From NCBI GenBank assembly GCA_009778835.1, contig WRFK01000001.1, forward strand, positions 1 through 30,609: DNA of 30,609 bases, given 5' to 3'. The position numbers and the translations under genes are program-made. Shown here piece by piece: positions 9,258-18,064 of the stretch; the stretch's first letter is position 1; every line of letters starts with the position of its first letter. The DNA is from Spirochaetaceae bacterium (lineage in GTDB: Bacteria; Spirochaetota; Spirochaetia; CADAEX01). The notes beneath the pieces were generated by a model. That model searched no databases. It was not told the origin of the DNA and worked only from the letters and a program-made list of their open reading frames with translations.

Positions 9258-10664
9258 ATGTTTTCGATAAATAATAAAGAAAAATATTTATGGATGGGGG
9301 CGAGCGTCTTTCTTGCCATAGTTATAGTTTTATTCCTGCTATCCCCTTTTACATTTGCGCAAACAACAGGAAGCAATGATACTTCTGCATACACCGATGT
9401 GCTCCAGCAAGTTATGAAATTTATTCAAAACTATTATGTAGAAGATGTTGACCCCAAAAAACTTTATGAAGGCGCAATGAAGGGGATGTTTGAAAGCCTT
9501 GGCGATCCTTATTCTGTTTTTCTGACAGCAAGCGATATGGAAGATCTCTCCGATACTACAACCGGAAAATTCGGCGGTGTCGGGTTATACATAAGCAAAT
9601 TCTCGGGCGATGTCAGTTATGATGAAAAACACCTCCCTTATGTAAGAGTTGTGGCGCCTATTGAAGGAACTCCTGCCTACAGGCTTGGCATATCTGCCGG
9701 GGACTATATTATAAAAATAGGCGATAAATCAACCGAAAAAATGACACTTGACGAAGTTCTTAAACAGCTTAGGGGAGAGCCGGGTACAAAAGTAAATATT
9801 ACAATATTAAGAGGGGAAGATATTGTTTTTGCGGTTGATATACAAAGAGAGTATATTGTTGTTCCTACTGTAAAATCTGCCATGATAGACAACAATATTG
9901 CTTATTTGAGGATAATTCAGTTTACTCCAATCACAACTACGGATGTTAAAAGCGCAGTGGATGGTTTTGTAAAAAAAGGGTATAAGTCTTTGATTATAGA
10001 TCTTAGGGGAAATCCAGGCGGGCTTCTTTCTTCTGTAGTCGATATTGCGGATTTTTTTCTTTCGGATGAAGTAATTGTAAGCACCAGATCAAAGATTCCA
10101 TCTGAAAATCAAATCTTTAAAGCTGATAAATCTGTTCTTGTTTCAAAAGATATTCCTGTTGTTGTTCTTATTGATAAAGGATCTGCTTCTGCATCAGAAA
10201 TATTTGCAGGCGCTATTAAAGATAACAAGAGAGGAATTCTTGTTGGAGAAAAAACTTTTGGAAAAGGGTCTGTACAGCAGGTAAGATCAATAGGCGATGC
10301 GGGATTCAAACTCACAATGTCCAGGTATTATACCCCTTCGGGAGAAAATATTGATAAGGTGGGGATAGAGCCTGACAAAGAAATAAAAGAAGAATCTTTT
10401 ACAGATAAAGAGACAGAATCTTATAAAAAAATTATAGAGCAATTTATTATACAGGATTTTGTCAAAAACAAGCCCAATCCAACAGAATCGGATATTAATA
10501 GTTTTATAAATCAGATTCAGAATGATGGAATTGTTTTAAAAGAAAGAGTTATACGAAAGTTAATAAGGAATGAGCTTAATAAAACAAATAACGATCCTCC
10601 TGTGTATGATTTGGAATATGATCTTGTTTTAAAAGGGGCTGTTGATATAATACAGGGAAGGTAA
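9258..10664 (+). CDS. ctpA: S41A C-terminal processing protease
   Basis: N-terminal anchor, LGDPYS, PDZ region, IIDLRGNPGG, catalytic SASASE, TFGKGSVQ, YYTPSG. Confidence 0.95.
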   Translation: MFSINNKEKYLWMGASVFLAIVIVLFLLSPFTFAQTTGSNDTSAYTDVLQQVMKFIQNYYVEDVDPKKLYEGAMKGMFESLGDPYSVFLTASDMEDLSDTTTGKFGGVGLYISKFSGDVSYDEKHLPYVRVVAPIEGTPAYRLGISAGDYIIKIGDKSTEKMTLDEVLKQLRGEPGTKVNITILRGEDIVFAVDIQREYIVVPTVKSAMIDNNIAYLRIIQFTPITTTDVKSAVDGFVKKGYKSLIIDLRGNPGGLLSSVVDIADFFLSDEVIVSTRSKIPSENQIFKADKSVLVSKDIPVVVLIDKGSASASEIFAGAIKDNKRGILVGEKTFGKGSVQQVRSIGDAGFKLTMSRYYTPSGENIDKVGIEPDKEIKEESFTDKETESYKKIIEQFIIQDFVKNKPNPTESDINSFINQIQNDGIVLKERVIRKLIRNELNKTNNDPPVYDLEYDLVLKGAVDIIQGR

Positions 10665-10680
10665 TAAAAACAAAATAAAT

Positions 10681-11076
10681 ATGATACTTAACAGAATTAA
10701 TATAAGAACAGAAAAAAAGGCTGAATTTATTGATATTACAACAACAGTAAAAAAAATCGTTGTTTCCGAGAATTTTGCAGAAGGGCTTTGTTCTGTTTTT
10801 GTGCCGCACACAACAGCCGGCATTACTATTAATGAAGCTGCAGATCCCGATGTTGTAAAAGATATTCTTGGACACTTTGAGAAAAAAGTTTTGCATAATG
10901 ATAATTATCTTCATGCGGAAGGGAATTCCGCAGCGCATATAAAAGCGTTAATTACCGGCAGCTCTGTTACTGTTCCTGTCAAAGATGGAAAACTTGTTTT
11001 AGGCACCTGGCAGGGGATATATTTTTGCGAATATGATGGTCCAAGAAGCAGATCGTATTTTATAAGTTTAATTTAA
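10681..11076 (+). CDS. yjbQ: YjbQ (UPF0047) family protein
   Basis: HTTAGITINE, H.EGNSAAHIK, LGTWQGIYFCEYDG. Confidence 0.93.
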   Translation: MILNRINIRTEKKAEFIDITTTVKKIVVSENFAEGLCSVFVPHTTAGITINEAADPDVVKDILGHFEKKVLHNDNYLHAEGNSAAHIKALITGSSVTVPVKDGKLVLGTWQGIYFCEYDGPRSRSYFISLI

Positions 11077-11079
11077 TCT

Positions 11080-11886
11080 ATGAAACAATTTATACTGCCG
11101 GATTTTGGTAACATTGATAGTGAAATTATTCTTAGTAAAAAAGAGACTCATTATCTAAAAAATGTGCTTAGATATAAGACAGGGGCGATTTTTTCTGCTG
11201 CAGATAAAACAGGAAATATTTGGGAAGCAAAAATTTTACGGTTTGAAAATAAAAAAAGCATTATTGTGCTTTGCCGTAAAATAGAACCAGCATCTCTTGA
11301 CGGGCAAGCGCAATCAAGCGAAGGCTTTGCCTTGGATAAAGGGGAAAGAGAAGCAATACCGGAAATAGTTTTATACCAGTGTTTGCTTAAAGGGAAAAAA
11401 ATGGATCTTGTTGTAAGGCAGGCAGCAGAGGCAGGGGTGGCAACAATAGTTCCTGTTGAGAGTGAATTTGCCATAGCAAAAATGGAAGGAAAACAGCAGA
11501 AAGAAAAAATAGAGCGATGGGAAAAAATCTGCAAGGAAGCTTTACAGCAATCGGGAAGCAATATTTTTACGAATGTCAAACAGCATATAACTTTTATGCA
11601 GCTTGACCGGTTTTGTAAAAAAACAGAAACTTCTGTGTTTTTTCATCAAAATGCTATTGAAAATAAATCGCTTCATAAGTATCTTTTTCAAGTTGCAGAA
11701 AAGGTAAATATTATTATAGGCCCCGAGGGCGGGTTTTCCGATAAAGAAATAAAATTTATGCTGGATAATGGATTTTTACCGGCGTATCTTGGAAAAAATA
11801 TTTTAAGAGCAGAAACTGCGGCAATATATGGAATTGCTGCCATAAAAACAATTCTTCTGGAGAAAGGAAAATGGATACTCTGTTAA
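11080..11886 (+). CDS. rsmE: 16S rRNA m3U1498 methyltransferase
   Basis: HYLKNVLR, KMDLVVRQAAEAGV, EALQQSG, IIIGPEGGFS, LGKNILRAETA. Confidence 0.95.
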   Translation: MKQFILPDFGNIDSEIILSKKETHYLKNVLRYKTGAIFSAADKTGNIWEAKILRFENKKSIIVLCRKIEPASLDGQAQSSEGFALDKGEREAIPEIVLYQCLLKGKKMDLVVRQAAEAGVATIVPVESEFAIAKMEGKQQKEKIERWEKICKEALQQSGSNIFTNVKQHITFMQLDRFCKKTETSVFFHQNAIENKSLHKYLFQVAEKVNIIIGPEGGFSDKEIKFMLDNGFLPAYLGKNILRAETAAIYGIAAIKTILLEKGKWILC

Positions 11887-12629
11887 ATCAGAATAGAAAA
11901 AAAATCGATGTTATTGGTATTCCTGTTGATGCTCTTACATATGAAGAACTTGAAGCAAAAGTAAAGGAACTTCTTGCTGATCAAAAAAAACATCATATAT
12001 TGTTTCTTTCTCTGCGCGATATAGTAATGGCAAAATTTAAAAGAGAACTTAGGACAAATATTGAAACAGCAAGCCTAATACTTCCAACCTCTTCATATAT
12101 ATGTTCCGGCGCGAAATTTCTAAAAAGAGCGTATATTCCCCAAAAAATATATACTTTTGAATTTATTATAAAACTGCTTGGCGCAATTGAAAATAACGGT
12201 AAATCGGTTTATCTGCTTGGGGGAAAGCGGGATGTCTTGCAGGTAACAGAATCCAATATAAAATCTTCTTTTCCCGGGTTAAATATTGTGGGAAGATGCA
12301 CAGGATTTTTTCCAAAAGAAATGGAGAAAAATATTATTACTGCGATAAAAAAAGCTTCGCCTGCTCTTGTTCTAGCAGGTACCGGGCTACCCAGAAAAAG
12401 ATATTGGGTTACAAGACATAAATCCTTTTTTAATCCCGGTATATTTTTATGGGTGGACAAAGCTTTTGATATTTTTGTAGGTAAAAAATCCAAGCCCGCA
12501 AGGACAACAGGCGGTATATTTTTGGAAAAAGCAGGAAGGCTTATTCGAAACCCTTTGCGGATATTTAATATTTTTATTTATATTTTATATTTTATTCTGC
12601 TGCTTTATTATAAGATAAGAAAACATTAA
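11871..12629 (+). CDS. WecB/TagA/CpsF-family glycosyltransferase-like protein (divergent motifs)
   Basis: IGIPVDAL, VYLLGG, FPGLNIVG..GFF, AFDIFVG, RLIRNPLR align to the TagA layout; several conserved residues are changed. Confidence 0.75.
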   Translation: MDTLLNQNRKKIDVIGIPVDALTYEELEAKVKELLADQKKHHILFLSLRDIVMAKFKRELRTNIETASLILPTSSYICSGAKFLKRAYIPQKIYTFEFIIKLLGAIENNGKSVYLLGGKRDVLQVTESNIKSSFPGLNIVGRCTGFFPKEMEKNIITAIKKASPALVLAGTGLPRKRYWVTRHKSFFNPGIFLWVDKAFDIFVGKKSKPARTTGGIFLEKAGRLIRNPLRIFNIFIYILYFILLLYYKIRKH

Positions 12630-12632
12630 AAA

Positions 12633-13100
12633 TCAGTTAGCATCATAAAGCTTAAGATATTCATAAATATCTTTTAGCTGATTTTCCATTCTGGATGTGA
12701 TGAATCTTCCCACACTGTTTCTTATTACAGGAATAAAAAGAAAAAGGCCTATTCCATCTGTTATAAAACCAGGTGAAATCATAAGAAGAGCGCCAACAAA
12801 AACTCCGGCAAGGCCAATGAACTCTTTCCCCGGATATTCCCCGTTTTTTAGTTTTCTTTTTACTTGTTTTATTAAGGTTTCGGTTTCACTAAAAGCTATT
12901 AACATTCCCAAAAGAGCAGTTGCCGCAGTTGCTGCAATAACCAGATAATTTCCAAAAATTCCGCCGGCATGGAGTATAAGAAATATTTCCGCAAGAGGGA
13001 TTAGGGAATAAAGCAATGCAAGCAAAAGCAGTTTTAAAATAAATTCTTTCTGAAACAAACGCATTATAAAACTTGTATCAAACATGCCTAAGTTTATCAT
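12633..13100 (-). CDS. fxsA: FxsA family membrane protein
   Basis: PLAEIFLIL, GALLMISPGFITDGIG...IPVIR. Start uncertain (ATG 13100 or 13085). Confidence 0.85.
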   Translation of the reverse strand: MINLGMFDTSFIMRLFQKEFILKLLLLALLYSLIPLAEIFLILHAGGIFGNYLVIAATAATALLGMLIAFSETETLIKQVKRKLKNGEYPGKEFIGLAGVFVGALLMISPGFITDGIGLFLFIPVIRNSVGRFITSRMENQLKDIYEYLKLYDAN

Positions 13101-13245
13101 AAAAAAAAACAATAAATCAATAAAGTAAATCTCATTCCTTGCTCGAACTCACTCCATGCTCGCGACGCGCCGGGGCAAGCCAAACCGGGACAAACCCAAT
13201 TCCAATAGTCCCGCTTGAGGAAAAGCAAATTGAAAACATAAAAAT

Positions 13246-13274
13246 TTGACTATTCATTTTTTTAATATTAAGCT
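13246..13274 (+). promoter_or_regulatory. Sigma70-type promoter for trxA
   Basis: TTGACT-17 nt-TAAGCT, followed by an AGGAGG ribosome-binding site before ATG 13305. Confidence 0.6.
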
Positions 13275-13304
13275 ATAAAGAATAGTTGTTTTAGGAGGGG
13301 GATA

Positions 13305-13637
13305 ATGTCTGTTGAAATTTTAAATGAAAATACATTTAAGGCAAAAATTATTGAAGGAAAAGAGACTGCAATTGTTGATTTTTTTGCTGATTGGTGCGGG
13401 CCTTGCAGAATTTTAGGTCCTGTTTTGGATTCTATATCCGATGATTTGAAGGGAAAACTTGATTTTTATAAAGTAAATGTTGATGATGAAAATAATCTTG
13501 CTGCCCAATATAATATAATGACTATTCCTACCATAGTATTTTTTAAAAATGGAGAAAAAGCAGACAGCTTTGCAGGCGCCATTCCAAAAGACAAGATAGT
13601 AAGTTTTATTGAAAAAAATATTAAAAGCAATGCCTGA
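13305..13637 (+). CDS. trxA: Thioredoxin
   Basis: VDFFADWCGPCR, IMTIPT; 110 aa. Confidence 0.97.
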   Translation: MSVEILNENTFKAKIIEGKETAIVDFFADWCGPCRILGPVLDSISDDLKGKLDFYKVNVDDENNLAAQYNIMTIPTIVFFKNGEKADSFAGAIPKDKIVSFIEKNIKSNA

Positions 13638-14010
13638 AAAAACTGTTGTTATTCTGGGGGCAAGCAATAATCCCGAGAGATATTCCCACAAGGCTTTAAA
13701 AATGCTTGCAGAGTACGGGTATAAAACCATTCCTGTGCATCCTCAGCTAAAAGATATTGATGGAATAGAAGTTAAAAACAGCTTGATGGATATTAGCGAA
13801 GAAATTTATACACTTACAGTTTATGTTGGTCCTGAAAAAATAGTTCCCTTAATTCCTGATATCGTTAAATTAAAACCACAGAGGGTTATTTTGAATCCGG
13901 AAACAGAATCCAAAGAGCTAAAAGAAGCTCTTGCTAAAGCATCAATATTGCATACAGAAGCATGTACCCTTATTCTTCTTAAAACAGGACAGTTTGAAAA
14001 AGCATTTTGA
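13630..14010 (+). CDS. CoA-binding protein (YccU-like)
   Basis: VVILGASNNPERYS, PVHP, TLTVYV, RVILNPET, EACTLILL. Start likely ATG 13630. Confidence 0.88.
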   Translation: MPEKTVVILGASNNPERYSHKALKMLAEYGYKTIPVHPQLKDIDGIEVKNSLMDISEEIYTLTVYVGPEKIVPLIPDIVKLKPQRVILNPETESKELKEALAKASILHTEACTLILLKTGQFEKAF

Positions 14011-14037
14011 CAGGACGTATTAAGAGAGGAGATATTA

Positions 14038-14070
14038 AAAAAGCTATCCATGATACATGGATAGCTTTTT
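14038..14070. terminator. Bidirectional intrinsic terminator
   Basis: Perfect inverted repeat AAAAAGCTATCCATG-ATA-CATGGATAGCTTTTT between convergent genes. Confidence 0.85.
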
Positions 14071-14099
14071 CTTATAATAAGAATTAAAAGTTTAATTTA

Positions 14100-14849
14100 T
14101 TAGAGGCTAAAACCATAACCTAAGCGGAGGCTTATAATGTTAGGTCTTGCATTATGTTTGCCACCATCTGTGCCCATATAAGGAGCGTTTGAACCTTTCA
14201 TATTATCTACTTCCACCCAATTCATGGCTGAAAACATTCTTCTGTATCTTAGATCAAACAAAACAGTTCCATTTCCTGCTGGAAGCGCATAGCCTACGCC
14301 AATAACAGCTGCAACCAGTGCAGCGCCTTCTTCAACAGTTGTGTCTTCGCCGCCTGCGGCATCTTTGTTCCACTCTCTCTCACTCTTCATTGGATTTAGA
14401 AACAGCGAAGGACCTACTAAAATAGCCATTTTACCGGGACCTGCGTCAAAATTAATTCTTGCAAGTAGAGGAATTTCAAAATATGTAGTTCTTACGGTCA
14501 GTGATGTTTCTCCCTGTCCTGTTGCTTCAGCAGTCATTTTAATGCTGGTTTGAATAATATTGATTTCCGGCTGGATAGAAAACATTTCGTTTATTGCTAT
14601 TTCAAAGAAAAGCCCTACTTCAACACCTAAAGTAAATGCAGTTCCTGTACTAATACCTGGACCAGGTGTTTCCCCATGCCAAATTGGTCTGGCATTAGCA
14701 CCGGTTTCAACACCATCAACAAAATCTTTCCAGTCACTGCCGGTAACAAAACTGTTATTAAGGCCTAAAGCAATACCAAATTTGTTGTCTGTAGCAAACA
14801 GAGATGTTGCAATCAGCAGACACACTAAAATTAAACCAATTTTTTTCAT
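14100..14849 (-). CDS. Outer-membrane beta-barrel protein (PorT/OMP_b-brl-like)
   Basis: Signal peptide ending LFA, FSIQPEIN, YFEIPLLAR, LFDLRY, C-terminal strand LRLGYGFSL. Confidence 0.8.
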   Translation of the reverse strand: MKKIGLILVCLLIATSLFATDNKFGIALGLNNSFVTGSDWKDFVDGVETGANARPIWHGETPGPGISTGTAFTLGVEVGLFFEIAINEMFSIQPEINIIQTSIKMTAEATGQGETSLTVRTTYFEIPLLARINFDAGPGKMAILVGPSLFLNPMKSEREWNKDAAGGEDTTVEEGAALVAAVIGVGYALPAGNGTVLFDLRYRRMFSAMNWVEVDNMKGSNAPYMGTDGGKHNARPNIISLRLGYGFSL

Positions 14850-14932
14850 GTAATCTCCTTTTCTGTCATGCTCCCTTGAGGAAGCTACAATATTTATTAA
14901 CCACCCTCAAGGGCAGCTTATATTATTTTATT

Positions 14933-14961
14933 ATAATAACAATAAGTAAATAAATTGGCAA
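14933..14961 (-). promoter_or_regulatory. Sigma70-type promoter for the beta-barrel gene
   Basis: TTGCCA-17 nt-TATTAT on the minus strand; AGGAGA ribosome-binding site before the ATG. Confidence 0.5.
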
Positions 14962-14995
14962 TAAAAAATTTTTTTTGCCTAATTTTATTCTGTTT

Positions 14996-15424
14996 TTATT
15001 CTGTATCAAAATCAATTTTTTTGGTTATGAGAGGATATTGCTGTTTTCTGGTAAAGGAGCTATATAAAAAAGCTATTGCAAAACCAATAACAAGTCCTGC
15101 AAATCCACCCAGGAGTTTTATCCCATCGGATAATGTATTTGTAAGGTTTGCTGTAAGATAATATCCTGCAAGAAACATTAGTAAAGGGAAAATCAAAATA
15201 GAAAAACTATATCCAATAGTTTTGGATGGAGATATAAATACTTCTACATTATCGCCTTCTCTAAGATCAAGATTATCGGTGTTTAATGCTTTAAATTCTC
15301 TCCCTTTTTCACTGGCTTTGCAGAAAAACCTTGATGCAGGGCAGGTTTTGCAATGGCTGGTGTCGCCGCATGTTACAGTTATAATATTTTTATCAACTGC
15401 TGTTACAGTTCCCCGGTCATACAT
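14996..15424 (-). CDS. RseC/MucC (SoxR-reducing system) family protein
   Basis: C-x4-C-x2-C-x5-C cluster (CGDTSHCKTCPASRFFC), GDNVEV, two TM helices. Start likely ATG 15424. Confidence 0.8.
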   Translation of the reverse strand: MYDRGTVTAVDKNIITVTCGDTSHCKTCPASRFFCKASEKGREFKALNTDNLDLREGDNVEVFISPSKTIGYSFSILIFPLLMFLAGYYLTANLTNTLSDGIKLLGGFAGLVIGFAIAFLYSSFTRKQQYPLITKKIDFDTE

Positions 15425-16248
15425 TCTTCTTTCTCCGCTACACAAGATTTTCTTATTCTTTCTATGGTTATTGCTTTTCCTGTTTCCGGATCAACATCAA
15501 TAAGCACTCCCTGCAGCTCAAGATTATCCCAGCAATCGCGGGAACGTTCGGGAATTTGAGAAAGGAATTTTTTTATTTCGATCTGGGGCTCAAGTCCTCC
15601 TACAGAGGTTTGGCTTCCTGTTCTTCCTGCATCTGTTATCGCAGCAGTCCCTTTGGGCAATATTTTTTCATCTGCGGTCATAACTTTTGTATGGCTCCCT
15701 ATTATCGCGGAAACTTTTCCCTCCGCATGATAGATCATTGCCTTTTTTTCAGCAGTTGTGGCTGCGTGGAAATCAAAAATAATAATATTTGTCTCTTTTT
15801 TGATTTTATCCGCAAAATCAGGAAGATAATAAAAAGGGTTATTCAGATATATCCTGTTAAACCCGGAATTACCAAGCAGCGTTAATACGCCAATTTTATA
15901 TTCCCCTGCCTCATATATTCTATACCCTCTTCCCGGAACATTGGGAGGATAATTTGCAGGCCTAAGCAGAAAAGGAGCTTTGGGGATATAATCAACCATA
16001 TCTTTTTTAAAAAAGACTTTTTCCCCTGCAATAAGAACATCTATTCCCAGTTTTTTAAGATAAACTGCATGGGTTTTCCCTATTCCAAAACCGCCTGTTG
16101 TCCCTTCGCACCCTGCTATTGTAAAATCTACAGCAAGGTCTTTTTTAAGATCAGGGAGAAGTTTTTTTATACAAAAAACACCCCCTTTTCCTGTTATTTC
16201 AGCAATATAAAGTATTTTCAAACCCAAGATATGCCCCTTTATTTTCAT
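15403..16248 (-). CDS. YmdB/TIGR00282-like metallophosphoesterase homologue with degenerate active site
   Basis: LRPANYP, DFHA...EK, GSHT, ILPKGTAAITDAGRTG align to YmdB. Confidence 0.85.
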   Translation of the reverse strand: MKIKGHILGLKILYIAEITGKGGVFCIKKLLPDLKKDLAVDFTIAGCEGTTGGFGIGKTHAVYLKKLGIDVLIAGEKVFFKKDMVDYIPKAPFLLRPANYPPNVPGRGYRIYEAGEYKIGVLTLLGNSGFNRIYLNNPFYYLPDFADKIKKETNIIIFDFHAATTAEKKAMIYHAEGKVSAIIGSHTKVMTADEKILPKGTAAITDAGRTGSQTSVGGLEPQIEIKKFLSQIPERSRDCWDNLELQGVLIDVDPETGKAITIERIRKSCVAEKEECMTGEL

Positions 16249-16468
16249 TTAAAAGCTAGCAATTTATTTTGTATTTGGCAATATAAGAGCCAATTGGCAG
16301 CACTATTTTCCAACGAGCTGATCGGTGGTGAAGGTTTTTTCCGGGTTTTAGCAGATCAAGCTTCAGCAGGTTAACGTGGATTTTTAATACAAAATCAATA
16401 ATATAACCCAAAGGAGCTGATAATTGCTTGCCTGCAAGTAATAATATGAAGTGCTGTTGCTCTGCTTC

Positions 16469-16497
16469 TTGACACACTTGTAGGGCTTGTTTATATT
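16469..16497 (+). promoter_or_regulatory. Sigma70-type promoter for the tRNA
   Basis: TTGACA-17 nt-TATATT ending 23 nt upstream of the tRNA. Confidence 0.7.
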
Positions 16498-16519
16498 TCA
16501 AAATGATCATATTGATCCT

Positions 16520-16603
16520 GCCCGGATGGTGAAATTGGCAGACACGCTAGATTCAGGTTCTAGTGCCGGTTGCGGCATGGAGGTTCAAGTCCTCTTCCGG
16601 GCA
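16520..16603 (+). tRNA. tRNA-Leu(CAG), CCA not encoded
   Basis: Acceptor stem GCCCGGA/TCCGGGC plus discriminator A, D-loop with TGG, anticodon stem CTAGA/TCTAG with loop TT-CAG-GT, long variable arm, GGTTCAAGTCC T-arm. Confidence 0.97.
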
Positions 16604-17115
16604 ATTAGCTAATTCATTTCTCTGAAAGAATATAATAAACGGAAACACATCATTATCTGATATGACCCATGATGAATTATATAATAATACTCCATTGCGA
16701 GGGGAAATTCCACTTGATCGTGTATGTACTATGACTATTACAGACACTTTAATACTCCTGATTTCACAGAATAAGAAAAACGCCACTTACTAGAGGTTTT
16801 AAGCTCGAATGAAGCAGGAAAGTTTACCTTCATATAAAGCTGGCAAAGAAGCGTATATAAAAAAATATCCTTCTTTAGTTGATTTTATAAAACAATAACC
16901 ATAGATGAGTGGTTCAGAAAATTCCCGATTCCCGCAAACGATAATTCTTCAATCTCCTGAAGTATGACCGACCAATAATAAAAATACATAGCTGGTTATA
17001 TATTATTACATCTAAATGATTTTTATATACAATTGGTCGAGTCGTTATTTTGCAAGAGCATACAAAAATAAGTTAACAAGGCTATTTTTAGACATGATCT
17101 AGGTTTTTACTGAAG

Positions 17116-17400
17116 CTACTTTAATGGAACTATTTTAAGGGTTTTGCCAAGTGGGGCTAATATCTTAAGAACAGTATCAAGCTGAGGATTTGTTGTGCCT
17201 TTTTCCATTCTTGCAATTATAGGTTGTTTTACGCCGCTCATTTCTTCAAGCTTTTTTTGAGATAATCCTTTTGCCTGCCTTGCTTTTATAAGCTCTCCAA
17301 TAAGAGCTACACGCAAATCACTTTCTGCTATTTCTTCAGGTGTAAAAACTTCTTTTCTTACATCGTCCCATTTACTGCCAATAGCGTTACTTTTTTTCAT
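17116..17400 (-). CDS. XRE/HTH antitoxin (HigA-like)
   Basis: GLSQKKLEEMSGVKQPIIARMEKG..NPQLDT helix-turn-helix; lies downstream of the toxin. Confidence 0.88.
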   Translation of the reverse strand: MKKSNAIGSKWDDVRKEVFTPEEIAESDLRVALIGELIKARQAKGLSQKKLEEMSGVKQPIIARMEKGTTNPQLDTVLKILAPLGKTLKIVPLK

Positions 17401-17442
17401 TTTCCTTACTCCTTACTTTCAGATTCCGCACTTTCCTACTCT

Positions 17443-17799
17443 TTATTCACTATTCCTCGCTATAAAATCATTCATGTTTCTCTTCGCTTGATCTATTTCC
17501 TTCTTAGGTGTCTTTTGTGTTTTTTTTATAAAGTGATGGAGAAGTATAAAACTTTTATCTATCCATCCTATAAATAAAATACGATCCCTAAGCGGTCTTA
17601 ATTCCCATATTTTATCGCCAAGATGTTTTATATAAGGTTCACCAGCCTGAGTCCCATATAATTTTAAGATTTGAATATAGTCCTGTATTTTGTTCAGTTT
17701 TATACGATTGTCTTTGCCTTTTCTGCTTGCCAAATTTTTTATATAGTCTTTTATAGGTTCTTTCCCCTTTTTATCTTTATAAAAGAATATTTCATACAC
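17443..17799 (-). CDS. RelE/ParE-superfamily toxin (Gp49/HigB-like)
   Basis: KHLGDKIWELRP, FILLHHFIKKTQKTP..EI; GTG start with upstream GAGG; toxin-first order. Confidence 0.9.
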   Translation of the reverse strand: MYEIFFYKDKKGKEPIKDYIKNLASRKGKDNRIKLNKIQDYIQILKLYGTQAGEPYIKHLGDKIWELRPLRDRILFIGWIDKSFILLHHFIKKTQKTPKKEIDQAKRNMNDFIARNSE

Positions 17800-17820
17800 C
17801 TTTATTTTACCTCGATTTTG

Positions 17821-17865
17821 ATTATACTTTTGAGTTATTAAAAAGTCAATAACTTTTAAGTTATT
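17821..17865 (-). promoter_or_regulatory. TA operon promoter with adjacent operator palindrome
   Basis: TTGACT (17849-17844)-17 nt-TATAAT (17826-17821); perfect palindrome AATAACTT-TT-AAGTTATT at 17848-17865 overlaps the -35 box. Confidence 0.75.
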
Positions 17866-18064
17866 ACAGTTTTAAGATATTTATTTACATTTGCTGGAAT
17901 CGACGGAGTTAGGCATTTTTCAGATTGTATATAAAAATAGGTGTTAATGGCTATCATAATTTTATATAATTCGAAATGATTGCAAATACCGTTTTTTTCA
18001 TGATATGTACCGATCAATGTTATATTATACATATAAACACCAATGTTTAATTTCTTTTCTGCTG

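Noticed and set aside
11287-11350. GC-richer linker in rsmE with a weak GGCAA/TTGCC stem
   Set aside because: The stem is only 5 bp and this linker is naturally variable; not enough to call an inserted repeat.
450-16374. Many short antisense or off-frame ORFs from the track (e.g. 450-788, 1146-1478, 6867-7322, 11151-11579, 15556-15885)
   Set aside because: They lie within well-supported genes and show no recognisable motifs.
16553-16786. 77-aa minus-strand ORF, and a 43-aa plus-strand ORF MTHDELYNN near 16658
   Set aside because: The first overlaps the tRNA antisense; neither has motifs or a clear ribosome-binding site.
16790-17110. Possible decayed gene between the tRNA and the TA pair
   Set aside because: The frames I read are interrupted and I could not recognise a family.
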